A DNA stretch of 64,000 nucleotides from Escherichia phage IME08: sequence record NC_014260.1; one strand, given 5' to 3'. A model generated the notes under the pieces. That model was not told the DNA's origin and did no database searches. It worked only from the letters and a program-made list of their open reading frames with translations. This document shows, piece after piece, positions 8,884 through 20,190 of the stretch (its first letter is position 1; every line of letters begins with the position of its first letter). Made by a program: the position numbers and the translations under genes.

Positions 8884-9473
8884 TATTTTCTCATAGATGG
8901 ATGCATAGACATACGAGCCACACGTTGTTCAGCGTACGAATCAATTTGTGGACGACCTGTAACTATTGTACCATCTATTTCTACAGCAAACGATTTGAAG
9001 TTGAATGTTGCGGTAGCGATTATCGCAGGGTCAGAATCTTCTTTATATGAATACTGGATTTCCGAGAGGTCGGATGGCCAACCACCGTAGTAATGAATGC
9101 TCATTACGATTTTCTGTTTGTTATTATCAAGAATATGGAGCGTAATTGCTTCAGGTAAGCCTTTAGGATGCCAAGCTTCGGATTCATGGGTTACGTAGTT
9201 GTTTAATGACAACATCCACTTATAAACGTCAAGCCATGATTTCAATTCACGGTCTACAAGAAAGTTCACGATCAATGGGTCGAATTCTACAGTAGAACCT
9301 GGCAGCTTAGCACGATGTATGCCCTGGGTCGATCCTGGGACGTCTGAGATCGGAATATGGATACCAGGTAGTGTTACATCTTGTACGTTCAATTTGAATG
9401 ACTGTGTCATTCCTGAGTCACTAACCTCTAAGATAAAGTTGGTGGTGTTAGTTTGGTTAAATAAACCGTTCAT
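8883..9473 (-). CDS. 3: gp3 tail completion / sheath stabiliser (start uncertain, 9473 or 9410)
   Basis: Position between 1 and 2; ORF track 8883..9635 overlaps gp2; ATG at 9473 has SD agga; ATG at 9410 gives T4-like 175 aa. Confidence 0.6.
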   Translation of the reverse strand: MNGLFNQTNTTNFILEVSDSGMTQSFKLNVQDVTLPGIHIPISDVPGSTQGIHRAKLPGSTVEFDPLIVNFLVDRELKSWLDVYKWMLSLNNYVTHESEAWHPKGLPEAITLHILDNNKQKIVMSIHYYGGWPSDLSEIQYSYKEDSDPAIIATATFNFKSFAVEIDGTIVTGRPQIDSYAEQRVARMSMHPSMRK

Positions 9474-9555
9474 AAGGTTCCTATATTGCTTAAGTCCCAG
9501 ACAGTGTATAATGGTCCTAGGTCTGTTCCATTCAATAACTGGCTGGGATAATAGA

Positions 9556-10383
9556 TTATGAATTCTTCCATACTTTCTGAGCTGAGTAACGCTTGCCTTT
9601 AGACATGAATTGCTGAAGTGGAAGCATGACCACATTAGCCCAATCAGATGGTTTTATCTCTACTAAAGGTCCCTTGATATTTCCAGGGATATAAGCCTTA
9701 ATCATCACGTCGGCTCCGGCGAATCCTTTTACCTTGCTCCAATCGATTTTTAATTTAGTCGAGTTCGTAATGGTAGGCGTACTCGCGTATTGCTTCAGCA
9801 ATTCTTCCAGAAATTGTTGTCGTGCTTTAGGCGGGATATAGTGTAAGTTCAGCCCGTACATTAAATTATGCTTACCTAACCCAAGATAAATGATTAAAGG
9901 ATATTTGTCCCAATACGGTAGGGTATCCTTGTGCTTGGCGTCATAGATATAAGCATAAAGCTTACCGGGAGATGGTTTAGATACCTGGTGTCCACGAATT
10001 CCTTTCTTTAATGTTTCTGTAAACCATTTAGCTGATTTATTGTTTACAGCAGCGCCTTCGTTAGCAATCTTATCACGAATACTCTTTCTAAAACTATTCA
10101 CCAAAATTAATTGACGTTCGGCTTTGGTTAATTTATTGCCAGGTTTATTCTGAAGTTTTTCAACCTGTACAGCAGTTTTAATTCGACTCGAGTATCGAGA
10201 CATCGCAGATGTAAAGCTAGAATACTTAATGCCTTTATCTTCAGCAAATTTCTTAGCCGAGACACCTTTAGCCTTAGCTTTAGCGTATTCAACACCTAAT
10301 GCTATCCATTGTTGTTCTGAACGGGTAGGCTTGGAACCCTTTGTGGTTTCAGTAGCCTCATTGATGTAGGAAAATATACTCAT
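9556..10383 (-). CDS. 2: gp2 DNA end protector
   Basis: Position; start placed at the ATGA overlap with gp4 stop, giving 275 aa vs T4 274 aa. Confidence 0.7.
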   Translation of the reverse strand: MSIFSYINEATETTKGSKPTRSEQQWIALGVEYAKAKAKGVSAKKFAEDKGIKYSSFTSAMSRYSSRIKTAVQVEKLQNKPGNKLTKAERQLILVNSFRKSIRDKIANEGAAVNNKSAKWFTETLKKGIRGHQVSKPSPGKLYAYIYDAKHKDTLPYWDKYPLIIYLGLGKHNLMYGLNLHYIPPKARQQFLEELLKQYASTPTITNSTKLKIDWSKVKGFAGADVMIKAYIPGNIKGPLVEIKPSDWANVVMLPLQQFMSKGKRYSAQKVWKNS

Positions 10384-10829
10384 CCTTTCCATCCTAATTT
10401 TTTCAGTGAATGTTCGGTAATCAATCTAAAGGTGATACCCATTTTATCTGCTGTAGCTTTAGCTGCTTTCCACTTATCGGTATTAACAGACCAAGTATAG
10501 TGTTCGTTGATATATCTCTTTTTAGCAGCCGTAGTCATTTTAACAGGCGCCGCAGGAGCATGGGTTTCTTTAAAAGGTTTGACTTCAAAAAAGAATTGTT
10601 GACCTGTATCAAATTTAACCCAGAAGTCCATAAAATATCGTCTTTTCTTTCCTTCGGCATTGCAAAAGTATGGAATCACCACCTCTTCTGAATTCCACTG
10701 GACTACATTAGGATGGTTGTCAAGCCAACGCATAAACCATGCTTCCCAAGAGGAACGATATTGGATTTTCTTCCAGTCACCTTTATATTTTTGTAAGTTT
10801 GTAGGTTTAAATTTCCCTGAGTAAGCCAT
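10380..10829 (-). CDS. 4: gp4 head completion protein
   Basis: 149 aa vs T4 150 aa; position; minus-strand TATAAATA upstream. Confidence 0.75.
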   Translation of the reverse strand: MAYSGKFKPTNLQKYKGDWKKIQYRSSWEAWFMRWLDNHPNVVQWNSEEVVIPYFCNAEGKKRRYFMDFWVKFDTGQQFFFEVKPFKETHAPAAPVKMTTAAKKRYINEHYTWSVNTDKWKAAKATADKMGITFRLITEHSLKKLGWKG

Positions 10830-10840
10830 AGTCGCCTCCT

Positions 10841-10863
10841 TATAAATATTAATATTATTTATA
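10841..10863. promoter_or_regulatory. divergent late promoters (TATAAATA on + for 53, on - for 4)
   Basis: Exact octamers on both strands in the 4/53 intergenic region. Confidence 0.65.
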
Positions 10864-10875
10864 CTCGGAGGCCCT

Positions 10876-11478
10876 ATGCTCTTCTCATTTTTCGATCCTA
10901 TCGATTACGAATCAAAAACAGTCAAGCCAGATTCCGGCTCATTAACAAATGCCGATGTATTGAGCGTGCCGATGACTGATATATTTAGAAATTATAAAGA
11001 ATATTTTGATAAAGTGGCTAAAAATTATACACTAAAGACTTATTATATCAATGGGGCCCCTCGTCCAGAAGAATTGGCTAATCAACTTTATGGCAACGTC
11101 CAATTATATTGGGTTTTATTGATGTGCAATAATATATACGACCCCTATTACGGCTGGATTACAGGTCAAGAAGCGGCCTACCAAGCGGCAATCCAAAGAT
11201 ATTCTACTGCAGGTGGTAATCAGGTTCTTTATCATGTTAATGAAAAGGGTGAGAAATTCTGGAATCTTGTTAATACTCCAGAAAACCCATATACTTGGTA
11301 TGATAAAGGCGATACAGAAAAACGTTATCCTCAATATGAGGGCCCTTTGGCCGCAGTAGATATTTACGAGGATGCTATTCGTAAAAATGAATATAAGCGC
11401 GAAATAAAGATTATAGACCCTAATGATATTGAGTCCTTTATTTCAGCCCTTATTCGTGAAATGGAGAAAGCCCTCTAA
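10876..11478 (+). CDS. 53: gp53 baseplate wedge protein
   Basis: MLFSFFDPIDYE..YYGWITGQEAAYQA matches T4 gp53; TATAAATA upstream. Confidence 0.9.
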   Translation: MLFSFFDPIDYESKTVKPDSGSLTNADVLSVPMTDIFRNYKEYFDKVAKNYTLKTYYINGAPRPEELANQLYGNVQLYWVLLMCNNIYDPYYGWITGQEAAYQAAIQRYSTAGGNQVLYHVNEKGEKFWNLVNTPENPYTWYDKGDTEKRYPQYEGPLAAVDIYEDAIRKNEYKREIKIIDPNDIESFISALIREMEKAL

Positions 11479-13220
11479 TGATTAACATGTCTGATAATGT
11501 AAGTTGGTTCGTCGGTGTAGTTGAAGACCGAATGGACCCACTCAAACAGGGTCGCGTGCGCGTACGTGTATGGGGTATGCATCCCTATGAAAAAGTACAG
11601 GGCCCTGTAAAAGGCCTTCGTACAGAAGATTTACCATGGATGTCGGTATTAATGCCTACATCTTCTGCCTCTGTTTCTGGTATACAAACCGCTATGACTG
11701 GTATGGTTCCAGGTACACAAGTTTATGGTCACTTTCTTGATAAGTGGAAACTAAACGGGCTTGTCCTCGGTACATACGGTTCTGCTTCAAAACAAAAAGC
11801 GAATCCTAATGAAGGTTTTAGTGACCCAACAGGCCAATATCCACTTTATTTAGGTAACGATGCCGCTGCACTAAACCGAGGTGGTGAAGTTGGATATGAT
11901 GCAACTTCTAACGTAATACAAGATGCAAACACTGATGTAGGTATTAATCCTGATGGTTTAGATTTAAGTCAAGTCAAGCCTGATGATAATCCCAATTTCA
12001 CAATAGAAAACATGCTTCATCGTGATGAGGGTCTTCGTCTTAAAGTATATTGGGACACCGAAGGATATCCAACTATAGGTATAGGCCACCTTATTACACC
12101 GCAACCTATTAGAGATATGAATCAGATAAACAAAATATTATCTAATCAGGTAGGACGGGAAGTTAAAGGTAACCCTGGTGCAATATCAATGGACGAGGCT
12201 TCTAAATTATTCCAAGAAGACCTTAAAAAAGTCCAAAACGATATAGGCAGGCATAGTGTTGTAGGTCCTGTTTACAATAAAGAAAACCGTTCAAGACAAA
12301 TGGCTCTTGAAAACATGGCTTTCCAAATGGGATTAGGTGGGCTTGCTAAATTCCGTGGAATGCTTAGTGCAATGTTAATAGGCGATTATAAAAAGGCATT
12401 TGAGGAAGCTCGTAATTCAGTATGGTTTAACCAAACTAAAGGCCGCGCATCAAGGGTGTCAATGATTATCCTTACAGGTAATATGGAATCGTACGGCATA
12501 ATGGCCCCTAAAGAAAGAGAATTTAAAGGGCGCTCATATAGAATGATTCAAACCTTTGCCGCTCCTACAAATTCAGACCCTGCCGACCCATGGACTCCAG
12601 AAGACACAAGGATTCTTTTTAAAGAACCCGATTCTAGTTATAAAGGCGAATATCCATATGTCCAAACCATGCAAACTGAAGGTGGACATGTCCAAGAATT
12701 TGATAACACCCCAGGTCAAGAACGTTATCGTTTAATCCATCCTACAGGTAGTTATGAAGAGGTTGCTCCTGACGGACGTAAAACTTCTAAGACGGTAGCC
12801 GATGGATATTATATGACCCAAGGCGATTCTAATACTTATGTTGGTGGTAATAATAAAGTCAACATAGGTGGTGATGAAACCTATTATAATATGGCAAACG
12901 TGCGCCGCCAAACTGACGGGTCCGAAAGCATCCATATTCGCGGTAATGAAACTAAAACTGTAGAAGGTGATGGAACCCTTATTGTTAAAGGAAACGTTAC
13001 GGTTATTGTCGAGGGTAATGCAGATATAACTGTTAAAGGTGATGCAAAAACATTAGTTGAAGGCAACCATGACTATACAGTAAATGGAAACGTTAAATGG
13101 TCGGTAAATGGAAACGTTGATATGACTGTTGCAGGCAATTGGTCCGAAACTATGTCAACCATGAGTTCTATCGCATCAGGTCAATATACTATTGATGGTT
13201 CGAGGATTGACATTGGCTAA
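11478..13220 (+). CDS. 5: gp5 baseplate hub / tail lysozyme
   Basis: VGVVEDRMDPLKQGRVRVRVWGMHP and lysozyme motif YWDTEGYPTIGIGHLI match T4 gp5. Confidence 0.95.
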   Translation: MINMSDNVSWFVGVVEDRMDPLKQGRVRVRVWGMHPYEKVQGPVKGLRTEDLPWMSVLMPTSSASVSGIQTAMTGMVPGTQVYGHFLDKWKLNGLVLGTYGSASKQKANPNEGFSDPTGQYPLYLGNDAAALNRGGEVGYDATSNVIQDANTDVGINPDGLDLSQVKPDDNPNFTIENMLHRDEGLRLKVYWDTEGYPTIGIGHLITPQPIRDMNQINKILSNQVGREVKGNPGAISMDEASKLFQEDLKKVQNDIGRHSVVGPVYNKENRSRQMALENMAFQMGLGGLAKFRGMLSAMLIGDYKKAFEEARNSVWFNQTKGRASRVSMIILTGNMESYGIMAPKEREFKGRSYRMIQTFAAPTNSDPADPWTPEDTRILFKEPDSSYKGEYPYVQTMQTEGGHVQEFDNTPGQERYRLIHPTGSYEEVAPDGRKTSKTVADGYYMTQGDSNTYVGGNNKVNIGGDETYYNMANVRRQTDGSESIHIRGNETKTVEGDGTLIVKGNVTVIVEGNADITVKGDAKTLVEGNHDYTVNGNVKWSVNGNVDMTVAGNWSETMSTMSSIASGQYTIDGSRIDIG

Positions 13221-13254
13221 TATTTTACCTATGAGCACAGATTTAGGAGACTCC

Positions 13255-13752
13255 ATGGAAGGAGCCTCAATCGATGTTACGTTTACTGCTCAATTAGAAA
13301 CAAACGAAACATTAGTTGAAATAAATATAACAGAATATGAGCCTACAGAAGGCATTATTGTCGATGGAGCCCATTTATATGGAACCTACGAATCGGTATT
13401 TGGATTCTCTGAGGATGCATTAAAATACCGATTAGGAGATGAATTTAAAACTGCAGGCTCATGGAAAGATTTACCAGAGGACGAGAGCACTCAATTATAC
13501 CTCTGGAAAGCCCCTAGCAATCTCCAGAAGACGTTTTCTTACACAGTCACATTAACCTATGACTTTCAAGAAGAGTCATCAGGAGGTGATACAGGGAACT
13601 CAGGCGGTAGTAACTCTAGAGCTGGCGCAGAAACCGATCCACCTCCGGCTCCTGTAAGAAAAACCCTTACTAAGGTTTATACCAAGGTTATAGTGGGTAA
13701 TTGGAGCAAATGGGCTTCACAATTAAGAGAATACGTATATGCGAGGCCATAA
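13255..13752 (+). CDS. 5.1: gp5.1-like protein
   Basis: Position after gene 5; ATG at 13255 has SD aggaga. Confidence 0.6.
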   Translation: MEGASIDVTFTAQLETNETLVEINITEYEPTEGIIVDGAHLYGTYESVFGFSEDALKYRLGDEFKTAGSWKDLPEDESTQLYLWKAPSNLQKTFSYTVTLTYDFQEESSGGDTGNSGGSNSRAGAETDPPPAPVRKTLTKVYTKVIVGNWSKWASQLREYVYARP

Positions 13753-14045
13753 TGTCAGGCTTAAGTTACAACCAATGCGTAACGGCAGGTCATGAAGCAT
13801 GGCCTCCTACAGTAATAAATGCCACCCAAGGTAAAGTATTTACAGGTGGTATTCCTGTATTAGTTGCAGGAGACCCTATTACAGAACATACAGAAATTAA
13901 AAAACCATATGAAACCCACGGTGGGGTAACCCAACCTAGAACATCAAAGGTATATGTTACAGGCAAAAAGGCTGTCCAGATGGCAGACCCTATTTCATGC
14001 GGAGATACAGTCGCACAAGCCTCATCCAAAGTATTCATAAAATAG
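13752..14045 (+). CDS. 5.4: gp5.4 PAAR-type spike tip protein
   Basis: 97 aa; [18 protein letters not shown]...[19 protein letters not shown] matches T4 gp5.4. Confidence 0.9.
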   Translation: MSGLSYNQCVTAGHEAWPPTVINATQGKVFTGGIPVLVAGDPITEHTEIKKPYETHGGVTQPRTSKVYVTGKKAVQMADPISCGDTVAQASSKVFIK

Positions 14046-14053
14046 GAATTAAA

Positions 14054-16012
14054 ATGGCTACTCCTACGAATTACCAATTAACAAGAACCGTTAACGCTAT
14101 CCCAAAAGTATTTGTGGGAGCTACGTTTGAAGAAATTAAAAAGAATATTATAGACTGGCTTTCTAGCCAGGACGAATTTAAGGATTATGATTTCGTTGGT
14201 TCTCGAATGAATATCCTTATTGATATGCTTGCTTATAATACCCTTTATATGCAACAATTTGCTAACACAGCTTTATACGAATCTTTTATAGGAACAGCAA
14301 ACCTTCGTTCTTCGGTTGTCCAGGCGGCACAAGATAATGGTTATCTTCCTAGTTCTAAATCAGCAGCAAAAACTACCGTAATGCTTACGTGTACTCAGGC
14401 CCTTAATGAAAAGAATATTCGTATTCCAAGAGGCACTAAATTCCTGGCTTATGCCCGTGATACATCCGCCGACCCGTATTCTTTTGTGACCACTGATAAC
14501 GTTATTGCAGTGCGTGATGTTAATAACCAATATTGGCCTATTGTTTCTCTGGCTCAAGGACGTATTATTCGTACCGAACTTAAATACGATCCTAAAACTC
14601 CTATTCTTATTCGTGACCAGGATATTGATAGACAAGAAGTTAAACTTTATGTTGATGGCGCGGAATGGATTAACTGGACCAATAAATCAATGGTTCACGC
14701 TGGTAGCACCTCGACAATTTATTATATGCGTGAAACCGTAGATGGTAATACTGAATTCTTCTTTGGTGAGGGTGAAGCCGAGAAATCTGTTGCGGGTGGA
14801 GTATTAGAAGCTAATTATATCGGCGGTCTAAAACCTGTTAAAGATTCTACCATTGTTATAGAATACCTTCGTACAGACGGTGAAGTTGCAAACGGTGCGG
14901 TTGACTTCAGTTATGCCGACTCCTTGGCTTATATTACTGTAGAAAAAATTACTGAAAACTATAACGATGACCCTGATTATGTTGGTGCCGATGGTGGTGG
15001 TGACCCTGAAGATATTGAACGTATTCGCGAATTGGCTGTAGTTAAGCGCGAAGCCCAGATGCGTGCTGTAACAGGAACCGACTACGATACATTCGTGTCC
15101 GAACGTTTTGGTTCTATTGTACAAGCAGTACAAACCTTTACAGACCCAAATAAGCCGGGTTATGCTTTTGTCACCATTAAACCTAAATCAGGGCTATATT
15201 TGACAGCAGTCCAACGTGAAGATATCCAAGACTACCTAAAAGAATTTAACTTGGCCCCTATTACCGCTTCTGTTATTTCTCCTGATTATTTGTTCTTAAA
15301 GCATAAAATTAAGGTGTCGTATGCCTTGAATAAATTACAGGAATCTGAACAGTGGTTATCGGCTCAAATTCTTTCTCAGATAGACCGTTATTATATTAAC
15401 GAAGTGGAAATTTTTAACCATGGGTTCGCTAAGTCAAAAATGCTGACTTATATTGATAATGCCGACCATAGTATTTTAGGCTCCTCTGCTACTATAACAA
15501 TGGTTCGTGAGGTATTGAACTTTTTCAAAACCCCTGAATCAGGTATTAAATACTATAATCAATACACTAACCGTTCTGTGGTTTCTAGTGAATTTGAGTT
15601 TGTCCCTACTATCGTTTCTGAAGACAGTCCGGCATATAATGTCAGAATTGCCGCTACAGATAAAGACGAACGTGGTGATGGTAAAATTGTTATTGGGCCA
15701 TTCCGTCCAGGAGATGTAATTGAAAACCAATATATTAAACCATATACAGGAAATGACTTTGATAAAATGCCTGCTCCTGCAGACCAATCCGTTTATTACG
15801 TTATAGGTGAAATTGATTATTATTCAGATTTCATTTTCTGGGACATTGCGGCTATCGGTTTAACGTCCGATCGTTTTGAAGTTCAATCTATAGAACTTTA
15901 TGCGGGACCCGACCAAGACAACATCTTTACAAAAGACGGTTCGTTAATCGTATTTGAAGATGACCTCCGCCCTCAATACACGACCATTGAATTAGAACCT
16001 ATTACAATATAA
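14054..16012 (+). CDS. 6: gp6 baseplate wedge protein
   Basis: Long collinear match to T4 gp6 (NYQLTRT.NAIP, GADGGGDPEDIERIREL). Confidence 0.95.
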   Translation: MATPTNYQLTRTVNAIPKVFVGATFEEIKKNIIDWLSSQDEFKDYDFVGSRMNILIDMLAYNTLYMQQFANTALYESFIGTANLRSSVVQAAQDNGYLPSSKSAAKTTVMLTCTQALNEKNIRIPRGTKFLAYARDTSADPYSFVTTDNVIAVRDVNNQYWPIVSLAQGRIIRTELKYDPKTPILIRDQDIDRQEVKLYVDGAEWINWTNKSMVHAGSTSTIYYMRETVDGNTEFFFGEGEAEKSVAGGVLEANYIGGLKPVKDSTIVIEYLRTDGEVANGAVDFSYADSLAYITVEKITENYNDDPDYVGADGGGDPEDIERIRELAVVKREAQMRAVTGTDYDTFVSERFGSIVQAVQTFTDPNKPGYAFVTIKPKSGLYLTAVQREDIQDYLKEFNLAPITASVISPDYLFLKHKIKVSYALNKLQESEQWLSAQILSQIDRYYINEVEIFNHGFAKSKMLTYIDNADHSILGSSATITMVREVLNFFKTPESGIKYYNQYTNRSVVSSEFEFVPTIVSEDSPAYNVRIAATDKDERGDGKIVIGPFRPGDVIENQYIKPYTGNDFDKMPAPADQSVYYVIGEIDYYSDFIFWDIAAIGLTSDRFEVQSIELYAGPDQDNIFTKDGSLIVFEDDLRPQYTTIELEPITI

Positions 16013-16040
16013 GCCTCTTAGGAGGCTTTGAGGAGATTTA

Positions 16041-19000
16041 ATGTCTGTGCAAGCGCCTTCCGTTACTAGTTTGAGAATCGATAAACTCTCGGCTAACCAT
16101 GTAAGTATTCTTTGGGATGACGTAGGCGCCAATTTCTATTATTTCGTAGAACTGGCCCAAACCAAGGATGCGGGTGAATCTATACCCGATGATAAGTTAT
16201 TTTGGAGAAATTTAGGTTACACCCCGAACAATAACTGGTTCGAAGAAAGATTTATTTCTCCTAATTCGTTTTATAAAATGCGTGTCGCTGTAGCTGCTCA
16301 AGGATTTGAACAATCTGACTGGGTTTATACAGAAGAATTCGAGACATTTTCTACTAACGCATATACCTTCGAGCATATGCGTGAATTCACTTTATCCAAT
16401 AAATTCATTGAAGAAAAATTTACCAAAAATAACCAGAGTTACGTGGATTTTAATAGTGATGCCATTATGGCTTCTATGATGACCGAAGATTTTACTTGGA
16501 CTCCGGCATATTCACACCTTTCTTCAATTTCCAATTATGTATTAAAGGCCGACCGCTTCCACGAGATTCAAGGAAGTATCCAAGCCGTTTGTAAAGACCC
16601 TAATCGTTCTATTTTAATGGAGCTTGGTGGCGTACTTTACCTTTTAGAAAGATTCCAGAACACCGCTAAGGTATCTAACGATAAGGCCCAGAACTGGCAT
16701 TATATCCGTTTGTTTAATGATAGAGTAGGTAATCCGGTTTCACGTACGGCTCATTATCAAACAGATACAACAACTTATGTTCTAGGTTATGACCGTATAT
16801 TTTACGGACGTAAATCGAGTGATATTCGTTGGTCGGCTGATGATGTACGTTTTAGCTCACAAGACGTGACATTTGCCAAAATTGGTAGTGATATCGACCT
16901 GGACTTCGAAATTGAAATTTTTGGTTCTTATGCGCGTTTACCATTAGCTATTTCTACTATCGCAGAAGCTATGTGTGCTTCGGATGATTTTATTTACGTT
17001 GCGGCTCGTGACAGAGTTTATAAAGCAAAAACTACTGATGCCCCTATTGATACCGACCCGGGTTCTCCTACTTATGGTGAAAAAATATTTGAAAGCGGAT
17101 ATTCGACTATAACCGGTAACCCTAAAGCAGTTTGTTATAAATTGGATTCTATCCAAGGAAATACCTTTGCCTTAATTACGGGTGAAGTTAAAGAAGAAAG
17201 AATGGACCCTACTAAAGAAGAAAACGTGGTTGATTCTGAATCTAAAGGTGTTTATTGGTTGGATGTCGAAACTGATACATGGACCCGAGTATTTGGTAAT
17301 ACTGAAGAAGAGAGACGTCGTATTGAGCATGGCTATACTAGCATGTCTACCGATGGCGAAGAAATATTCTTTAGCTCAAGTAACTTCAAATATGAAGTAG
17401 AAGTTGATAACGAATTACCTTTGGAATACCCTATTGTGGCCTCAGCGGTAAAATACGTTAAGGACGAACAGTGGATTCACGATAAACATTATCTGATGAT
17501 GAGCTTTAGAGCTAACAGTAAATCAGATTTTAAAGAATTCAAACCAGGTCGAATGGCCTATTATGCTGAACCATTCTTTAGTTGGTCTAGACGAGATGGG
17601 ACCCGTTCTTGGATTACCACAAGTAATCATGCAATGGTTGTTTATAACGACGCATTGTATCAGAAAATTATTGATTTAAACAGCGGTTCTTCTCCTGAAC
17701 GTATTATTCGCGAAATTTGGGATAAAGGCTTTTGTACCGTAACATGTCCTAACATCGAATTCAATGGATTTAAAAAATACTCTTCAGGTATAATGATTCA
17801 CAAATCATCAGGTGAATTGGTTGGATATTTCGAGTTCGACTACCGAGTTCGAGATGAAGTTAGAATAATTTGGAAGCCTAAAGAAATAATGTTTACGGCT
17901 GAACTTCAAAACCAAGAGCATGAAATTCCATGGACCCCTAAAGAGGAAACCGGTGAACAAGACCCAGATTTGCGTCCTTTATTGGTTAAAATGGTTCCTG
18001 ATAGTTATTTGCTTCAAGATTCTAACTTTGAAAAATTCTGCGAATATTATCTCCAGTTTATTAGTGATGGCTCCGGCACTCATTATAATAATCTATTAAA
18101 TCTTATTCGTAACCAATACCCTAGAGAAGAAGATGCGTGGGAATACTTATGGTCTGAAATCTATAAACGCAATATCTATTTGTCTAAAGAAAAACGCGAC
18201 GAAGTAGTTCGTTTCTTCCAAGCAAGACAATCGGATTTCTGGTCTACAAAAGGTACTGAAGCTTCATATAAATTCCTGTTTAAATTGCTTTATAACGAAG
18301 ACGTTGAAATTGACATCGAGTCCAAGAACTCGATTGAATATGATATCATCGTAGAATCCGACAATATCAGTGAAGATATCGTAGGTCAAACGATTTATAC
18401 CCCTACAGGAAGAAGTAATGTTACTTATATAGAACGAAATTACAAAGATGGTAAATTGCAATGGCGTTTAACCATCCACAATCTTTTAGGCCGTTTTATA
18501 GTCGGACAAGAGATTAAATCTGAACGCACCTCATTTAAAGGTATGATAGTGCAGGGTGTACGCGGTAAAGAATTGTTAAGTAACAATATCGATTATATTA
18601 ACCGTAACCGTTCTTATTATGTTATGACTATTAAATCCAACCTCCCTACTTCTCGATATCGTAATGACGTGTTGAGATTTGTTCACCCTGTAGGATTTGG
18701 TTTTATAGGGATTACGTTGCTTTCTATGTTTGTTAATGTTGGTTTGACATTAAAGCACACGGAAACCATTATTAATATACTTAAGAACTATAAGTGGGAC
18801 TCAGGTCTTCCGTCCGAGTGGTACGATAGAGTTGCTGTAATCGGATTTGATGGTAATATAGAAAGAGACCCTAGAACAGGACTTCCGGTTTATAACGTTG
18901 GACCTAAAGCAGGCGAACCGTTCCCTATTCCTGATGGTTATGATGCAGAAAATGATTTCTCTGTATTCCAAGGTCAATTACCTCATGAACGTATTAAAAA

Positions 19001-19133
19001 GCATAGTCCTTTATTTGACCAAAGTGCAGTAACATTTTCAAAATGGCGTGCTTTAGTTGATGACAGACTTAAAGCTGATATTGGAAACCCTAGAGACCCG
19101 CAAGACCCAACTCAGGTAAAAATTGATGATTAA
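16041..19133 (+). CDS. 7: gp7 baseplate wedge initiator
   Basis: 1030 aa vs T4 1032 aa; position. Confidence 0.9.
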   Translation: MSVQAPSVTSLRIDKLSANHVSILWDDVGANFYYFVELAQTKDAGESIPDDKLFWRNLGYTPNNNWFEERFISPNSFYKMRVAVAAQGFEQSDWVYTEEFETFSTNAYTFEHMREFTLSNKFIEEKFTKNNQSYVDFNSDAIMASMMTEDFTWTPAYSHLSSISNYVLKADRFHEIQGSIQAVCKDPNRSILMELGGVLYLLERFQNTAKVSNDKAQNWHYIRLFNDRVGNPVSRTAHYQTDTTTYVLGYDRIFYGRKSSDIRWSADDVRFSSQDVTFAKIGSDIDLDFEIEIFGSYARLPLAISTIAEAMCASDDFIYVAARDRVYKAKTTDAPIDTDPGSPTYGEKIFESGYSTITGNPKAVCYKLDSIQGNTFALITGEVKEERMDPTKEENVVDSESKGVYWLDVETDTWTRVFGNTEEERRRIEHGYTSMSTDGEEIFFSSSNFKYEVEVDNELPLEYPIVASAVKYVKDEQWIHDKHYLMMSFRANSKSDFKEFKPGRMAYYAEPFFSWSRRDGTRSWITTSNHAMVVYNDALYQKIIDLNSGSSPERIIREIWDKGFCTVTCPNIEFNGFKKYSSGIMIHKSSGELVGYFEFDYRVRDEVRIIWKPKEIMFTAELQNQEHEIPWTPKEETGEQDPDLRPLLVKMVPDSYLLQDSNFEKFCEYYLQFISDGSGTHYNNLLNLIRNQYPREEDAWEYLWSEIYKRNIYLSKEKRDEVVRFFQARQSDFWSTKGTEASYKFLFKLLYNEDVEIDIESKNSIEYDIIVESDNISEDIVGQTIYTPTGRSNVTYIERNYKDGKLQWRLTIHNLLGRFIVGQEIKSERTSFKGMIVQGVRGKELLSNNIDYINRNRSYYVMTIKSNLPTSRYRNDVLRFVHPVGFGFIGITLLSMFVNVGLTLKHTETIINILKNYKWDSGLPSEWYDRVAVIGFDGNIERDPRTGLPVYNVGPKAGEPFPIPDGYDAENDFSVFQGQLPHERIKKHSPLFDQSAVTFSKWRALVDDRLKADIGNPRDPQDPTQVKIDD

Positions 19134-20130
19134 TTCAACAGTAATATACCGTTCTATTGTTACTTCTAAATTTAGAACGGAAAAGATGTATAACTTTTAC
19201 AGAACAATCGGTGATGGTGAAGACCAGAACACAATGTATGTATCTTTCGGGAGAGCCCAACCATGGGCTCCTAACGAAAACGACCCAGGCTTTGCTCCAC
19301 CTTATCCTGTAGATGATTCTGAGGGCGTAGAAGACGTCTGGACAAACATGATGGGTTGTGTTAAGGTTTATAAGAGTATGTTGGATTGTGTTGTTCCTCG
19401 CAAAGACTGGGGCGATACCTCTTATCCTAACCCTTTCACTTTCCAAATCGGTGAAATTGTAGTGGCTAACAGCCAACCTCAAAACCGTACTGATGTTGGT
19501 GCAGGTTGGATGGTTTATCGTTGTGTAGACGTGCCTGAATCAGGAGCATGTTCTATTTTGTCCCTTGATAATAAAACCGAGTGTATTAAACTTGGTGGTA
19601 AATGGACTGCTAACGTTCCTTCAGTTAAAGCCCCGGCCGGACAAGGCGATACGGAAGGTATGGTAGACACCGGTGACGGTTACCTTTGGGAATATCTTTA
19701 TGAGATTCCACCTGATGTAAGTATCAACCGTTGCACTAACGAATATATTGTAGTACCATGGCCAGAAGAAATTGCCGAAGACCCTGAACGTTGGGGATAC
19801 GAGAATAACCTTACTTGGCAGCAAGACGATTATGGATTAATTTATCGTATTAAAGGCAATACTATTCGTTTTAAAGCATTCTTGGATTCGGTTTATTTCC
19901 CTGAATTTAGTCTGCCTGGTAACAAAGGGTTTAGACAGCTTTCGATAATTTCTAACCCGTTAGAAGCTAAAGCTCACCCATCCGATCCGATCATTAAAGC
20001 TGAAAAAGAGTACTATGATGTTATAGACCTCTCCCGCCATTCAGGTGAAATGATTTATATGGAAAACCGTCCTCCGGTTATTCGTTCCATGGACCAAACA
20101 GAAGAAATTAACATTATCTTCGAATTCTAA
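19126..20130 (+). CDS. 8: gp8 baseplate wedge protein
   Basis: 334 aa from ATG at 19126 (track start 19123 is TTG); VIYR.IVTSKFRTEKM matches T4 gp8. Confidence 0.95.
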   Translation: MINSTVIYRSIVTSKFRTEKMYNFYRTIGDGEDQNTMYVSFGRAQPWAPNENDPGFAPPYPVDDSEGVEDVWTNMMGCVKVYKSMLDCVVPRKDWGDTSYPNPFTFQIGEIVVANSQPQNRTDVGAGWMVYRCVDVPESGACSILSLDNKTECIKLGGKWTANVPSVKAPAGQGDTEGMVDTGDGYLWEYLYEIPPDVSINRCTNEYIVVPWPEEIAEDPERWGYENNLTWQQDDYGLIYRIKGNTIRFKAFLDSVYFPEFSLPGNKGFRQLSIISNPLEAKAHPSDPIIKAEKEYYDVIDLSRHSGEMIYMENRPPVIRSMDQTEEINIIFEF

Positions 20131-20131
20131 T

Positions 20132-20150
20132 AAGGGCCGCAAGGCCCTTT
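20132..20150 (+). terminator. stem-loop AAGGGCC-GCAA-GGCCCUU after gene 8
   Basis: Perfect stem with GNRA loop; same hairpin at 45609. Confidence 0.6.
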
Positions 20151-20156
20151 CGGGGG

Positions 20157-20164
20157 TATAAATA
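20157..20164 (+). promoter_or_regulatory. late promoter TATAAATA (gene 9)
   Basis: Exact octamer. Confidence 0.6.
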
Positions 20165-20190
20165 CATTATATCAATAATGAGGCATACCT

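Noticed and set aside
9474-9635. Extended N-terminus of gene 3 overlapping gene 2 by 80 nt
   Set aside because: Internal ATGs with SD give a T4-sized protein; a long overlap with gp2 coding sequence is unlikely.
10380-10876. Apparent absence of T4 genes 64, 50 and 65 between genes 2 and 4
   Set aside because: As I recall, these names are historical synonyms for parts of genes 2 and 4 in T4, so the 3-2-4-53 arrangement is normal rather than a deletion.
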